Shown here one piece after another: positions 28,757 through 37,569 of a stretch of 64,000 nt of DNA. The notes beneath the pieces were generated by a model. The model was not told the origin of the DNA. It saw only the letters and a list, made by a program, of their open reading frames with translations, and ran no database searches. The DNA is from a virus, in IMG/VR virus record IMGVR_UViG_3300030331_006276; one strand, 5' to 3'. Position 1 is the stretch's first letter; each line of letters opens with the position of its first letter. Both the position numbers and the translations under genes were made by a program.

Positions 28757-30124
28757 ATGAGTTCCTTCGATTTCGCCGATAATTTTAGTGGCTTTAATGA
28801 TTTATTCCAGAGGGCAGAATTTCTTACAGAAGCTAAGAAATCACCTTATGCTAAATACCACCCATCTTTTGGTGGTGTCACTAAAGATTTAAGATCTGCA
28901 GGATTTAGTTCTGCTCCATTAGATACAATTAACTTTATTAGAACAGCACTATATAACTTAGAGCTCATAAGTGACGATGAATTAGCTGCAGCTAAAAAAG
29001 GAACCGGGTTTGCTGCAAAAAAGAAAAATCTTTTAGCTCTACTAGATTCTAAAGAAGATGTTATTGAGCAAAATAAAGATAAAATAGCTAAAGAAATTGC
29101 AGATGGTCTTGCCCGTTATATTAATAGAGCAACAACTGATAGAGGTAAAGAAGAAAAATATGCAGCGCAAAAAGCTGCTTTAGAGTTAGCTAAAGATATT
29201 AAAGCAGGTGAAGATATGGGTGATGCTGTTGAAGATGCCGTTGGTCAACTTGATGCTGCAGAATCGGAATTAGCTGACAGTTTGCAAATGTCAAAAGAAG
29301 ATCCAACTACATTTATTGAGATTAAAATTAGAGATGCAGAGCGAACTGACGATGTTAGTAAGATAGTTTCAAAATATGCTAATGAAGATGGGGTAGATAT
29401 TAGCGGAGATACAGTTCAATTTTCAGTTGATCCAAATACCCCTCTCGCTAGTGCTGTTGCTAGACATGGTATTGATAAAATTGAAACAGCTTTAAAAAGA
29501 GATGTTGATAGAATTAGTGATAGTGTTGTTATTGTAATGGCTCCAGATGAAGATTATGAAGAAGGTCCCGCGCCTATAGAACCAGAAGGTCCTGCTAATG
29601 AGTATGAAGAAAATATTAATGAAGTAGAAGATGCAGAAGATCTTAGCGCTAAGAAAGCTAGGGCAGGAAAAGATATCGGTAAACCGGGAAAGAATTTTTC
29701 TAAAATAGCTAAAAGCGCTGGTAAAAAGTATGGCTCGAAAGCAGCTGGAGAAAGAGTAGCTGGTGCTGTATTAGCTAAGATGAGAGGTAATTATGAGGGT
29801 GCAGAAGAGTTTGATGACTTTGATATTGGACCACAGTCTGATGAAAATATACCTGATGATTATGAAGAAGTTTTAGCTGCTTTAATTGATGATGATAAGA
29901 AAAAGCACGCAATGAAGCAACTTAACGGTGAAGATGAAGAAGAAGCTATAGTAATGCAACCAATGCTTGAGTCACATAAGACAGATACATCTGCATACCT
30001 TACAGAGCAATCAGCTTCAGACAAACGTAATAAGAAAACGGAGATTAAACCTCAATCCTTTAAGGAAAAATATAAGCCAAAGACATCTTGGCAGTTAGAA
30101 GAGCTTAGACGCTACGGTCTTTAA
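28757..30124 (+). CDS. Late acidic protein with internal basic module (probable head-internal/core protein)
   Basis: TATAAATA at 28743-28750; contains LSAKKARAGKDIGKPGKNFSKIAKSAGKKYGSKAAGERVAGAVLAK between acidic stretches. Confidence 0.6.
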   Translation: MSSFDFADNFSGFNDLFQRAEFLTEAKKSPYAKYHPSFGGVTKDLRSAGFSSAPLDTINFIRTALYNLELISDDELAAAKKGTGFAAKKKNLLALLDSKEDVIEQNKDKIAKEIADGLARYINRATTDRGKEEKYAAQKAALELAKDIKAGEDMGDAVEDAVGQLDAAESELADSLQMSKEDPTTFIEIKIRDAERTDDVSKIVSKYANEDGVDISGDTVQFSVDPNTPLASAVARHGIDKIETALKRDVDRISDSVVIVMAPDEDYEEGPAPIEPEGPANEYEENINEVEDAEDLSAKKARAGKDIGKPGKNFSKIAKSAGKKYGSKAAGERVAGAVLAKMRGNYEGAEEFDDFDIGPQSDENIPDDYEEVLAALIDDDKKKHAMKQLNGEDEEEAIVMQPMLESHKTDTSAYLTEQSASDKRNKKTEIKPQSFKEKYKPKTSWQLEELRRYGL

Positions 30125-30870
30125 GCGCATTTTTTACAATTATTTTCTTCGTATAGCTTATCCAACTTTTCCTGTTGGATATAAGTGATAGGGTCTTTTA
30201 AACCAGCATCCACAAATCCTTTTACTCTCATACTACTCGACGGTGTAGTAGCATCTGCTAGTTTATCTTTTCTATCTGAATAACAAGTCCAAGTATCTTT
30301 AAATTTAACACCAAGTCTAGCACCCTCTTTAATAATTTCAGCTTTAGACATAACAAGTAAAGGGGCTTCAATTTTAACTCTATTTTCTCTATTAAGTTCT
30401 GTCACTTTATTTACCGTATCTACGAACTCTTCACTACCATCCCAGTAGCCTGCTAACGAATCAACTTGAGCAGCGCCATACCATACTGTATCTGCATCTA
30501 CACTTTCAGCATAAGCAGAACAAATAGATAAAAACATTAAGTTTCTAAACGGTACATAAGATACAGGTTGAGCATCTCCTGCTATTTTACTAATATCAGG
30601 ATTATCAATATCAGTATTAGTTAAAGAAGATGTAGGAGCTATATCTTTAATATAGTTTACATCTAAAACTTTATTAGTTACTTCAATATTCTTATATTTT
30701 TCTCTAAAGTTAGTAATCTGCTTGTCAACACATTTAAGTTCACGTCTATGTCTTTGACCGTAATCAAAGGTTAATGTATGTATTTCATCATATCCTCTAT
30801 CTTGCGCCATATATAACAGCACAGATGAGTCCATTCCACCACTAAGAGTCAGTACTAATTTTTTCATCAT
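30121..30870 (-). CDS. queC: 7-cyano-7-deazaguanine synthase
   Basis: LSGGMDS, FDYGQRH..E, YVPFRNLMF, APLL.MSK.EI, TWTCY. Confidence 0.93.
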   Translation of the reverse strand: MMKKLVLTLSGGMDSSVLLYMAQDRGYDEIHTLTFDYGQRHRRELKCVDKQITNFREKYKNIEVTNKVLDVNYIKDIAPTSSLTNTDIDNPDISKIAGDAQPVSYVPFRNLMFLSICSAYAESVDADTVWYGAAQVDSLAGYWDGSEEFVDTVNKVTELNRENRVKIEAPLLVMSKAEIIKEGARLGVKFKDTWTCYSDRKDKLADATTPSSSMRVKGFVDAGLKDPITYIQQEKLDKLYEENNCKKCA

Positions 30871-31969
30871 TAATTAAATCTTCTAATTCAAGTTCATCGG
30901 GGATATCTTCTTCGTTATTGCTATAGGACCATTCCTTACCAATACGTTCTTCAACTTTAGGTAAGATAGTTTCTTCCCAAAGCTTAGTATCCTTTCTCCA
31001 ATTTTTATAATAACCTAACTTAGTACCATCTTCAAGCTGATAAGTTGCGCCAGTTTGAATTACAGCACCTACACCTACAGCCAGATCAACTAAACCATAA
31101 TATCTATCTAATCCAGAAGAGAAAGATAAATACATTTCCCCTTCTAAGTATTGCTTAATAAATCTATTCTTACGTGTGAGAGCTCTAATAATAATACCGG
31201 AGTATTTTTTCTGACCTACAGCTAACTCACCATCAACAGTTTTACCGCCATCAGACTTCATAGGCTTACGTGCAAGTTGTACAGTTACTGACGGTAAATA
31301 AATACAAGATTTACCTCCTGGCATATTTTTTTCAATAGAAGGAAATAAAGCAGTAGGATCATCATAAACATGATTAGTACATAAGATGGTAGTTTGAGTT
31401 ACAGAACCTAAATTAGTACAAGTTTGCATTAATGTTTTCATAGCTCGAGCTTTTGTACCCATATCTGATGAAGTACTATCTTTATTCATACGATTAAGCT
31501 CTAACTCTGATTGTAGGTTAGCTAAAGAATCAATAGCTACAATAAATTTACCTTCAAGTCCCTTTTCTTTAACGGAAGTAAGGAATTTATAAAGGGAGTT
31601 CCTAGCTTGTTCAATACTAGTACAAGGAACATATTTTACTTTACTAATATCTAAACCTAATCTTTCCGCACCACCTGGATCGATAGCATTTTCAGTATCA
31701 AAGATAACTGGAATAAGTCCTTCTTCTTGAGCTTTAGCTAGAATCTTTTGAACAAATAAAGACTTACCAGTCATAGATTCACCAGCAAGCATAGTTACTC
31801 TTCCTTTAGGAATACCGCCATTAATAGAACCAGAAATGATAGCATTCAGTACATATGACCCTGTATCAATCCACTCACCGACATGACTTAACGTATTATT
31901 ATCAAGGTAAGTAGCGAAAGGGTTAACTTTATCGATAGCGTCTAAAGCACTAGTAATATCTTTATCCAT
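30842..31969 (-). CDS. uvsX: RecA-like recombinase (UvsX)
   Basis: IDTGSYVLNAIISG, AGESMTGKS, FDTENA, IDSLANL, GTKARAMK, PGG. Confidence 0.92.
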   Translation of the reverse strand: MDKDITSALDAIDKVNPFATYLDNNTLSHVGEWIDTGSYVLNAIISGSINGGIPKGRVTMLAGESMTGKSLFVQKILAKAQEEGLIPVIFDTENAIDPGGAERLGLDISKVKYVPCTSIEQARNSLYKFLTSVKEKGLEGKFIVAIDSLANLQSELELNRMNKDSTSSDMGTKARAMKTLMQTCTNLGSVTQTTILCTNHVYDDPTALFPSIEKNMPGGKSCIYLPSVTVQLARKPMKSDGGKTVDGELAVGQKKYSGIIIRALTRKNRFIKQYLEGEMYLSFSSGLDRYYGLVDLAVGVGAVIQTGATYQLEDGTKLGYYKNWRKDTKLWEETILPKVEERIGKEWSYSNNEEDIPDELELEDLINDEKISTDS

Positions 31970-31976
31970 ATATAAG

Positions 31977-32004
31977 ATTATATTTTCTTATATATACTTT
32001 TCAA
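31977..32004 (-). promoter_or_regulatory. Early promoter of uvsX
   Basis: TTGAAA-N16-TATAAT, 7 nt before ATG 31969. Confidence 0.7.
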
Positions 32005-32295
32005 CTGTTTAATTTGTTCCAAAAGATCTAATACATTAGTAACTTTTATTGTATCAGTTTGTATTGTCATGGGATAGTTTAACTGTGTATCAATACGTAT
32101 ACCTTCAACATCACATTCTGGAGTTACCATATCATCAACAAAGTCATATAAACCTTGACTCTTAAGATTTTTATAATGGTAATCAATTAACGGTTTAGTT
32201 GTTTCAACTACAACATTAGCATCAGCCATCATTGTTAAATACCTAAAGTATAGCCCTTCATTTGTTGTTAAATCTGCTATAACTATTAAGTTCAC
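31978..32295 (-). CDS. Hypothetical protein (105 aa)
   Basis: Start reassigned to GTG 32295, 5 nt after minus-strand TAAATA (32301-32306). The track's upstream extension to 32385 runs through a terminator. Confidence 0.6.
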   Translation of the reverse strand: MNLIVIADLTTNEGLYFRYLTMMADANVVVETTKPLIDYHYKNLKSQGLYDFVDDMVTPECDVEGIRIDTQLNYPMTIQTDTIKVTNVLDLLEQIKQLKSIYKKI

Positions 32296-32311
32296 ATAAT
32301 TATTTATGCAT

Positions 32312-32335
32312 AAAAAAAGCCCCTTACGGGGCTTT
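32312..32335 (-). terminator. Intrinsic terminator
   Basis: Minus strand AAAGCCCC-GTAA-GGGGCTTT followed by more T (T7 run); GNRA loop. Confidence 0.9.
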
Positions 32336-32340
32336 AAAAG

Positions 32341-32530
32341 GTGGGTGAGAGGATTTTCTGGTAACCTCCAACTTTCAGTGAGCAAGATGCAGTTTCATCT
32401 TTTTACCTACTTGTGCCCTGCTTTTTTACACTTAATAGTCAGTTGACCCTCCATGTACGTTACAGTCCCTTTAACACTCTTGCTTAAAATGTTTATTCAG
32501 GCACACCCGGGGTTGGGCTAGCTAGGCCCA
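32341..32530 (-). ncRNA. Putative structured non-coding RNA, family not recognised
   Basis: About 190 nt, visibly GC-richer than the flanks, between the hsp20 stop and the terminator; several complementary segment pairs (see findings). Strand inferred from the terminator. Confidence 0.55.
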
Positions 32531-32539
32531 TATAAATTA

Positions 32540-32950
32540 TTATACCTTATAAGTTTTAATGTATTCTTCTTTTTTTCTTCGAGGTACATCTACCTCGAGA
32601 ACTCCATTAACGTAAGAAAATTTAATCTTATTAAGGTCAAACTCTCTCCCTACTGAGAACGATCTATTATAAGTCTGTTCTTTTGCCCCGTCGTGAGTTT
32701 TAATTTTGCGTTTAGCTTTAATATAAACTTCACGTTGATCTGTATCTGTAGAAAGATTTAGATCTTCTTTTATAACTCCCGGTAGATCAATTTGTACACT
32801 TAATGTATTTTCGTCTTGCGAAAAACGAACTTGATCTCCGGTTTTATATACTTCTTCCAGCTGGTGGAAGACTGGTGTCAGATTAAAAAAACCATCAAAG
32901 GCTTTTTCGATTTCTGCGATTGGATTATGTGTGTATCTAGTTAGTTTCAT
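32540..32950 (-). CDS. Small heat-shock protein (Hsp20/alpha-crystallin)
   Basis: IDLPGVIKEDL...YNRSFSV..D..IKFSYVNGVLEVDVPR; TAAATA 8 nt upstream. Confidence 0.9.
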   Translation of the reverse strand: MKLTRYTHNPIAEIEKAFDGFFNLTPVFHQLEEVYKTGDQVRFSQDENTLSVQIDLPGVIKEDLNLSTDTDQREVYIKAKRKIKTHDGAKEQTYNRSFSVGREFDLNKIKFSYVNGVLEVDVPRRKKEEYIKTYKV

Positions 32951-32988
32951 AGTAAAAATATTTATTACACATTATGTATTTTTTTAAA

Positions 32989-33360
32989 TTAATCGTCAAA
33001 AAGCTTAATTACTTCAGGCTCTTCTTCTTGAGCTGGTTGCTCTTGAATAGGAGGTTGTGGATTATTAATATTTTCATACTGAGTAATAATCCTATCGTCA
33101 AGATCAACGTCTGAAGTACTAATAGCACTCTTAGTAAAGGTCCAATTATTTTTTTCTTTATCTTTTAGAAACTCCATAAAGATATATGGGAAAGATTGAA
33201 CTTGTAATTGTCCTGACTGTGCATCTGGCTGTACGTGAATAATTACAGGGTTAAATAAAGTAACTGTTTTTGCATCTTCTTTAGAAACAGTCCCTACAAC
33301 GGTACGTCCAATATGATCGATAATGGTCGTAATTTTTGGTTTTGGTTTTTTATCTGCCAT
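32989..33360 (-). CDS. Hypothetical protein
   Basis: 123 aa, beta-rich; GTGGAT-N17-TAATAT 6 nt upstream. Confidence 0.6.
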   Translation of the reverse strand: MADKKPKPKITTIIDHIGRTVVGTVSKEDAKTVTLFNPVIIHVQPDAQSGQLQVQSFPYIFMEFLKDKEKNNWTFTKSAISTSDVDLDDRIITQYENINNPQPPIQEQPAQEEEPEVIKLFDD

Positions 33361-33394
33361 AATAATATATTAAATTAAATTTTGTAATAATCCA

Positions 33395-33712
33395 CTAACC
33401 TTTTTGATAAATTAGAGTATTTGCTACTTTAATTGCTTCATCAAGTGCTTCTTTTGCCTGCTTAGAAAGATATGTAGATTTATCTGATGCATGTTCTAAA
33501 GCATCTCTTAAGAGAAAAACAGATCTTCTAATTTTTTCAATCTCAGGAGAATTGATAGTTCCGGAACCATTATCAGCTCCTGTAATAACATCTTTAAAAA
33601 TTGCTAATGTTTCTAAAATACCAGCAATTTTACCTCGCTTAAAAGCAGGGTGTGCGTTAATGGTATTATCGTCTTGTGGTCTATCTAGATAGCCTCCCGG
33701 TTGTACTGCCAT
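33395..33712 (-). CDS. Hypothetical protein
   Basis: Start reassigned to ATG 33712 (MAVQPGG), 8 nt after TAAATA at the end of gp43. Confidence 0.6.
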   Translation of the reverse strand: MAVQPGGYLDRPQDDNTINAHPAFKRGKIAGILETLAIFKDVITGADNGSGTINSPEIEKIRRSVFLLRDALEHASDKSTYLSKQAKEALDEAIKVANTLIYQKG

Positions 33713-33719
33713 AATAAGC

Positions 33720-36296
33720 TTATTTACTAAACAAGTCAAATAATTCAACCTGTACATTATCAGCTGGTTTTCTAATACTCCAGCCTACACAATCGTAAAA
33801 TCTTTCTATGCCTTGAAATAAGATCTTTTCAAACATTTTATCATAATTAATTTTAAACGTTTGTTTAAACTCCGAAGGGTATTCATACTTAAAACCAATA
33901 CTATCTAATCCGTATTTATTAGGCTTTTCAACATACATATAACGAACTTTATCACCTGATCCTAAAGATTCATACTTGTTACCTGTATTAAGTTTATCTA
34001 ATAGCAAATTATAAAAATAAGCTGACTTAACATGAATAGGCATACTCTTAACAGTATTAAACTCCCTACAATCTACAGCATACTTTTCATAACCTTTTAC
34101 ACCCATAACAAAAGCAAGTTCTTCAGGACTTAATTCTTTAAAAATATCATAAGTTTCATTAAGCACTTTATTAGTTTCAGTTAAAGACTGAGTACTTAAC
34201 ATAGTTTCAATAATTTTTTTAGCGTACGGCTTAATTGCGTTAGGCATAGTAGTTCGAACTACTTCAACACCTGTATACTTAAATTTATTTTCCTTAATAC
34301 CTTCATCGTCTAAGATATGCATTACATATCGTTTTTTCTGTAAGAAGACACCAACGTCAGCAATACATTCACGTTTAAATACAAAGCGACTATCTTTAGA
34401 TAATAGAGATTTTTTAGCCCAATCTTGTACCCCGGCATTTAGATAGTCTTCAATTTCTTGTATTTTATTATGAGTATCTTGATGGATATCTTCACCATCT
34501 AAAAAGTTCAATCCTTTTTCAACAAGAGGAGTAATCGATACATATGAAGAGTCGGTATCGTTATAAACAATACATTCTTCTAATTCTTTATCAGATATAT
34601 CAGGTATTTCCTTTTTAATAAACTCTTTAATAAGTTCATTCGAATACTTAATAACAGCTTGACCAGTTAACGTTACAGATGAGGCAATATCGTCATCACC
34701 AATAGGAGCGTTTTTATTGCCCATATATCCATAACAAGAATTAATAAGAATCTTAATAACCATCTGCGAAGTATTAAGTCGTTCTACTTCATATTTAGCT
34801 TCAATATATTCCGGAGTATCTTTCTTAAGTTTCTTAAGTTTAGTTTTAGCTTTAAAGAGATCTTCTTTAATCTTTACTCGTTGATTATAGTAATGTTCGA
34901 GAAACTCAGGTATAATACCTTTTTTCTTTTGTGTAAAAAGGAACCCAGCTTTTGATAACGCACATTCTTCATCTTTAAGAAATTTTACAAATGCAGGTTT
35001 ATCTAACTCAAATACTTTACCGGCTACATGTTGTATAACAATCTTATCATCAGTAGTTTTTTCAACTCTACCTACTTTAGTTTCCGGCGAAGTATTAAGA
35101 GATATCATCACATTAGGATATAGGGAGTTAGCATCAAAAGATACTATATGATTCTTAAATCCTTGTTTAGGTTCAGCAACATAAGCACCCGGATTCTTTC
35201 CAGTATCAGCATTACGTAAAAACGTTGCAATTATCTCCCCTCTTTGTCTACCTCTAATACATAATGCACCGTTAATAACACCAATAGTACCCATAGCACC
35301 TTCAAGCGTAGTTAAGCCTACGTAAGATAACTTTCGCAATAAAGGAAAATATTGCAGTTTATCTTCTAATCGAACGAGCAAATTAACATCTTGAATATTA
35401 TAGTCAATAAAAGTATCCCAATCATCTTCCGATAAAGAAGCAAGATTAGTATCACCGTAATCAATCTTTCGTTGCCCGAGCTCTACTTCACCAATAGCGT
35501 CAAGTTTATAAGACTCTCTTAACTTTAAACAAAACCGTTTATAAACATCTAAATAATCTAAACAAGCTACACCATCAATATAGTAACGTTTTTGATCTTG
35601 ACCAAACTTACCTTTAATAGCTCTAAAATGAACTCTACCCAAAGGCGAAAGTCTATTAACATAATCCTGACCTAAGATTCTTTCAATACGGTTAATAATA
35701 TAAGGTATATCGAAAAACTCAGAGTTCCAACCACTCAATATATCCGGATAGTCTCTTTCAAGATATTCAATAAATCTAATAAACATCTCACGTTCATCTT
35801 TACAATAAACGTAATTAAGATTATCAACGCCTTTGCCGTTATATGGTTTAATACCAAATGTATGAAACTTTTTACTAAAATTATCGTAACAAGTTATTAC
35901 GTTAACAGTATGAGTAGGATTTTCAGGATCAGGAAACGTATCGGGAGAGTAAGTTTCAATATCTAATAAACACGTTTTAAGAGGATGAGTACTAAATTCC
36001 TTTTCTTCATTTTGCTCCCAATATAAATCTAGTAAAAATTGTTGAGCCGGCGGCATATTTTCAAATACACGCTTTATATTAGAATCGCGTACGAATCTAG
36101 ATCTATCAAAACTAGTATTAAATTTACGTTTTTTAACTTTAGTACCATAGATAGACGTTTTATCACCGGCTGCATTTTCAATATATAGATAAGGTTCAAA
36201 AGAACACTCATGCATTACCCTCTTACCTTCTGTATCCCAGGTAAATAAATTAACACAACGGTTTCTACCGTTATACACTACATTACGATACGACAT
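33720..36296 (-). CDS. gp43: Family B DNA polymerase (T4 gp43-like)
   Basis: Exo DIET, GWNSEFFDIPY, YNIQDV; pol SFDANSLYP, KILINSCYG, YNDTDS. Confidence 0.97.
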   Translation of the reverse strand: MSYRNVVYNGRNRCVNLFTWDTEGKRVMHECSFEPYLYIENAAGDKTSIYGTKVKKRKFNTSFDRSRFVRDSNIKRVFENMPPAQQFLLDLYWEQNEEKEFSTHPLKTCLLDIETYSPDTFPDPENPTHTVNVITCYDNFSKKFHTFGIKPYNGKGVDNLNYVYCKDEREMFIRFIEYLERDYPDILSGWNSEFFDIPYIINRIERILGQDYVNRLSPLGRVHFRAIKGKFGQDQKRYYIDGVACLDYLDVYKRFCLKLRESYKLDAIGEVELGQRKIDYGDTNLASLSEDDWDTFIDYNIQDVNLLVRLEDKLQYFPLLRKLSYVGLTTLEGAMGTIGVINGALCIRGRQRGEIIATFLRNADTGKNPGAYVAEPKQGFKNHIVSFDANSLYPNVMISLNTSPETKVGRVEKTTDDKIVIQHVAGKVFELDKPAFVKFLKDEECALSKAGFLFTQKKKGIIPEFLEHYYNQRVKIKEDLFKAKTKLKKLKKDTPEYIEAKYEVERLNTSQMVIKILINSCYGYMGNKNAPIGDDDIASSVTLTGQAVIKYSNELIKEFIKKEIPDISDKELEECIVYNDTDSSYVSITPLVEKGLNFLDGEDIHQDTHNKIQEIEDYLNAGVQDWAKKSLLSKDSRFVFKRECIADVGVFLQKKRYVMHILDDEGIKENKFKYTGVEVVRTTMPNAIKPYAKKIIETMLSTQSLTETNKVLNETYDIFKELSPEELAFVMGVKGYEKYAVDCREFNTVKSMPIHVKSAYFYNLLLDKLNTGNKYESLGSGDKVRYMYVEKPNKYGLDSIGFKYEYPSEFKQTFKINYDKMFEKILFQGIERFYDCVGWSIRKPADNVQVELFDLFSK

Positions 36297-36304
36297 CTAC
36301 TACT

Positions 36305-36332
36305 ATTATAGTAGTATAGTTCCTAATTCCAC
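36305..36332 (-). promoter_or_regulatory. Early promoter of gp43 (variant -35)
   Basis: GTGGAA-N16-TATAAT, 8 nt before ATG. Confidence 0.55.
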
Positions 36333-37555
36333 TCTTTAAGGAAACGTCTTTCGGAACTTCCATATGGTGTATTTAAAGCTTCAAGATGCGCTCCAATATT
36401 AGGATCTAGTTCTAAAATTCTTTTTTCGCCTATAGCACGAAGTTTATGTACATTTTGCATGTACTTATTTTTCTTATTGGGTCTTAAAATACGTTCTATT
36501 TTATCTTCAAATTCTTCTACTGAACTAAATTTTAAATGATCTGGTGCATTACTATATGTTTCCATATCTTGACATAGACATGGTATACCCAATATACAGC
36601 CTTCAATATATTTAATATCTGATTTTGATCTATTAAAATCATTAACTTGTAATGGTGCCACCATTAATTGTGCTCTTAAACTATTAATAAAATATGGGTA
36701 TTTTAATAAAGTTTGCCAGCCATAAAACTCAATTTTTTGCTGTTGTACTAAATCAGCTAACTGCGGAGGAAACGCCCCTACAAAAATCCATTGATATTTG
36801 TCAACCGTCTTTCGAATAAAGTCTCGAACTTCTGATAAATCATCCTTACCACCGGTTTTATTATCAACATCATAATGTGCACCAGATCCTGTATAAAGTA
36901 TACGTGGCTTCTTTTTATTTTGATCATAATTTCTTTCTATCTCTCTCGAATTAAAAAGCTGACCCATCCACCCATGAGGTATAAAGTTTGGAATAACAGT
37001 AATATTTTGCTGTCCAGTTTTTTCTTGATATAGCTTTCTCATAAAGTCACAAGTTACAGTAACTTCATCTACCAAATTAATTATATCAACACAATTTTGT
37101 CTAATTTCGTCTGTATCAAAAGCGAATTTAAATTTATTGTAGTCTGGAATAACTTCTTTAAATACTACATCATCAACTTCATATATAATTTTAAAACCAT
37201 ACTCTTGCTGTACTTGTTTGAGAAATTTAATAAACGCTAATTGATGTGAAGAAGCTTGTCGTTGTACTTTTACTGTCTTAACTCCTTGATACCATTTAGG
37301 ATCTGCTACCATAGCTGTAGTAGATTGTGACATACCATCGCCTCTAGCGTTAATTGTTGCTTCAGGCCAAAGAATTCTCCAATGACCACAACCAGAATAG
37401 TCTGCTAGATAATTAACATATCTAGGCATATCTGCTTCTGATGGCGCTGGTAGCTTAGGTGTTAAAGGTACACCTGGCATTTGTCCCATAGGGCTAGTAA
37501 CTGGTGCAGCTTGTGGTGTAACTATCGGTTGCGGATATGGTGATGGTGATATCAT
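36323..37555 (-). CDS. GT-B fold glycosyltransferase
   Basis: ADYSGCGHWRILWP, IIYEVDD, VTVT..F, VIPN, RILYTGS, APL..NDFNRSKSDIKYIE..G.PCL. Confidence 0.8.
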   Translation of the reverse strand: MISPSPYPQPIVTPQAAPVTSPMGQMPGVPLTPKLPAPSEADMPRYVNYLADYSGCGHWRILWPEATINARGDGMSQSTTAMVADPKWYQGVKTVKVQRQASSHQLAFIKFLKQVQQEYGFKIIYEVDDVVFKEVIPDYNKFKFAFDTDEIRQNCVDIINLVDEVTVTCDFMRKLYQEKTGQQNITVIPNFIPHGWMGQLFNSREIERNYDQNKKKPRILYTGSGAHYDVDNKTGGKDDLSEVRDFIRKTVDKYQWIFVGAFPPQLADLVQQQKIEFYGWQTLLKYPYFINSLRAQLMVAPLQVNDFNRSKSDIKYIEGCILGIPCLCQDMETYSNAPDHLKFSSVEEFEDKIERILRPNKKNKYMQNVHKLRAIGEKRILELDPNIGAHLEALNTPYGSSERRFLKEWN

Positions 37556-37569
37556 CTTATTTATATAGT

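Noticed and set aside
32345-32368. GAGG-12nt-CCTC hairpin resembling a preQ1-I riboswitch
   Set aside because: The A-rich 3' tail needed for the preQ1 pseudoknot is missing, and the element is followed by a terminator and a late promoter rather than a que gene.
32296-32385. N-terminal extension of track ORF 31978..32385
   Set aside because: It runs through the terminator and the putative RNA; a GTG start 5 nt after TAAATA fits the genome-wide pattern.
25615-36296. Inteins or introns in gp41, uvsX or gp43
   Set aside because: Lengths and motif spacing are normal; no splice or homing-endonuclease motifs inside.
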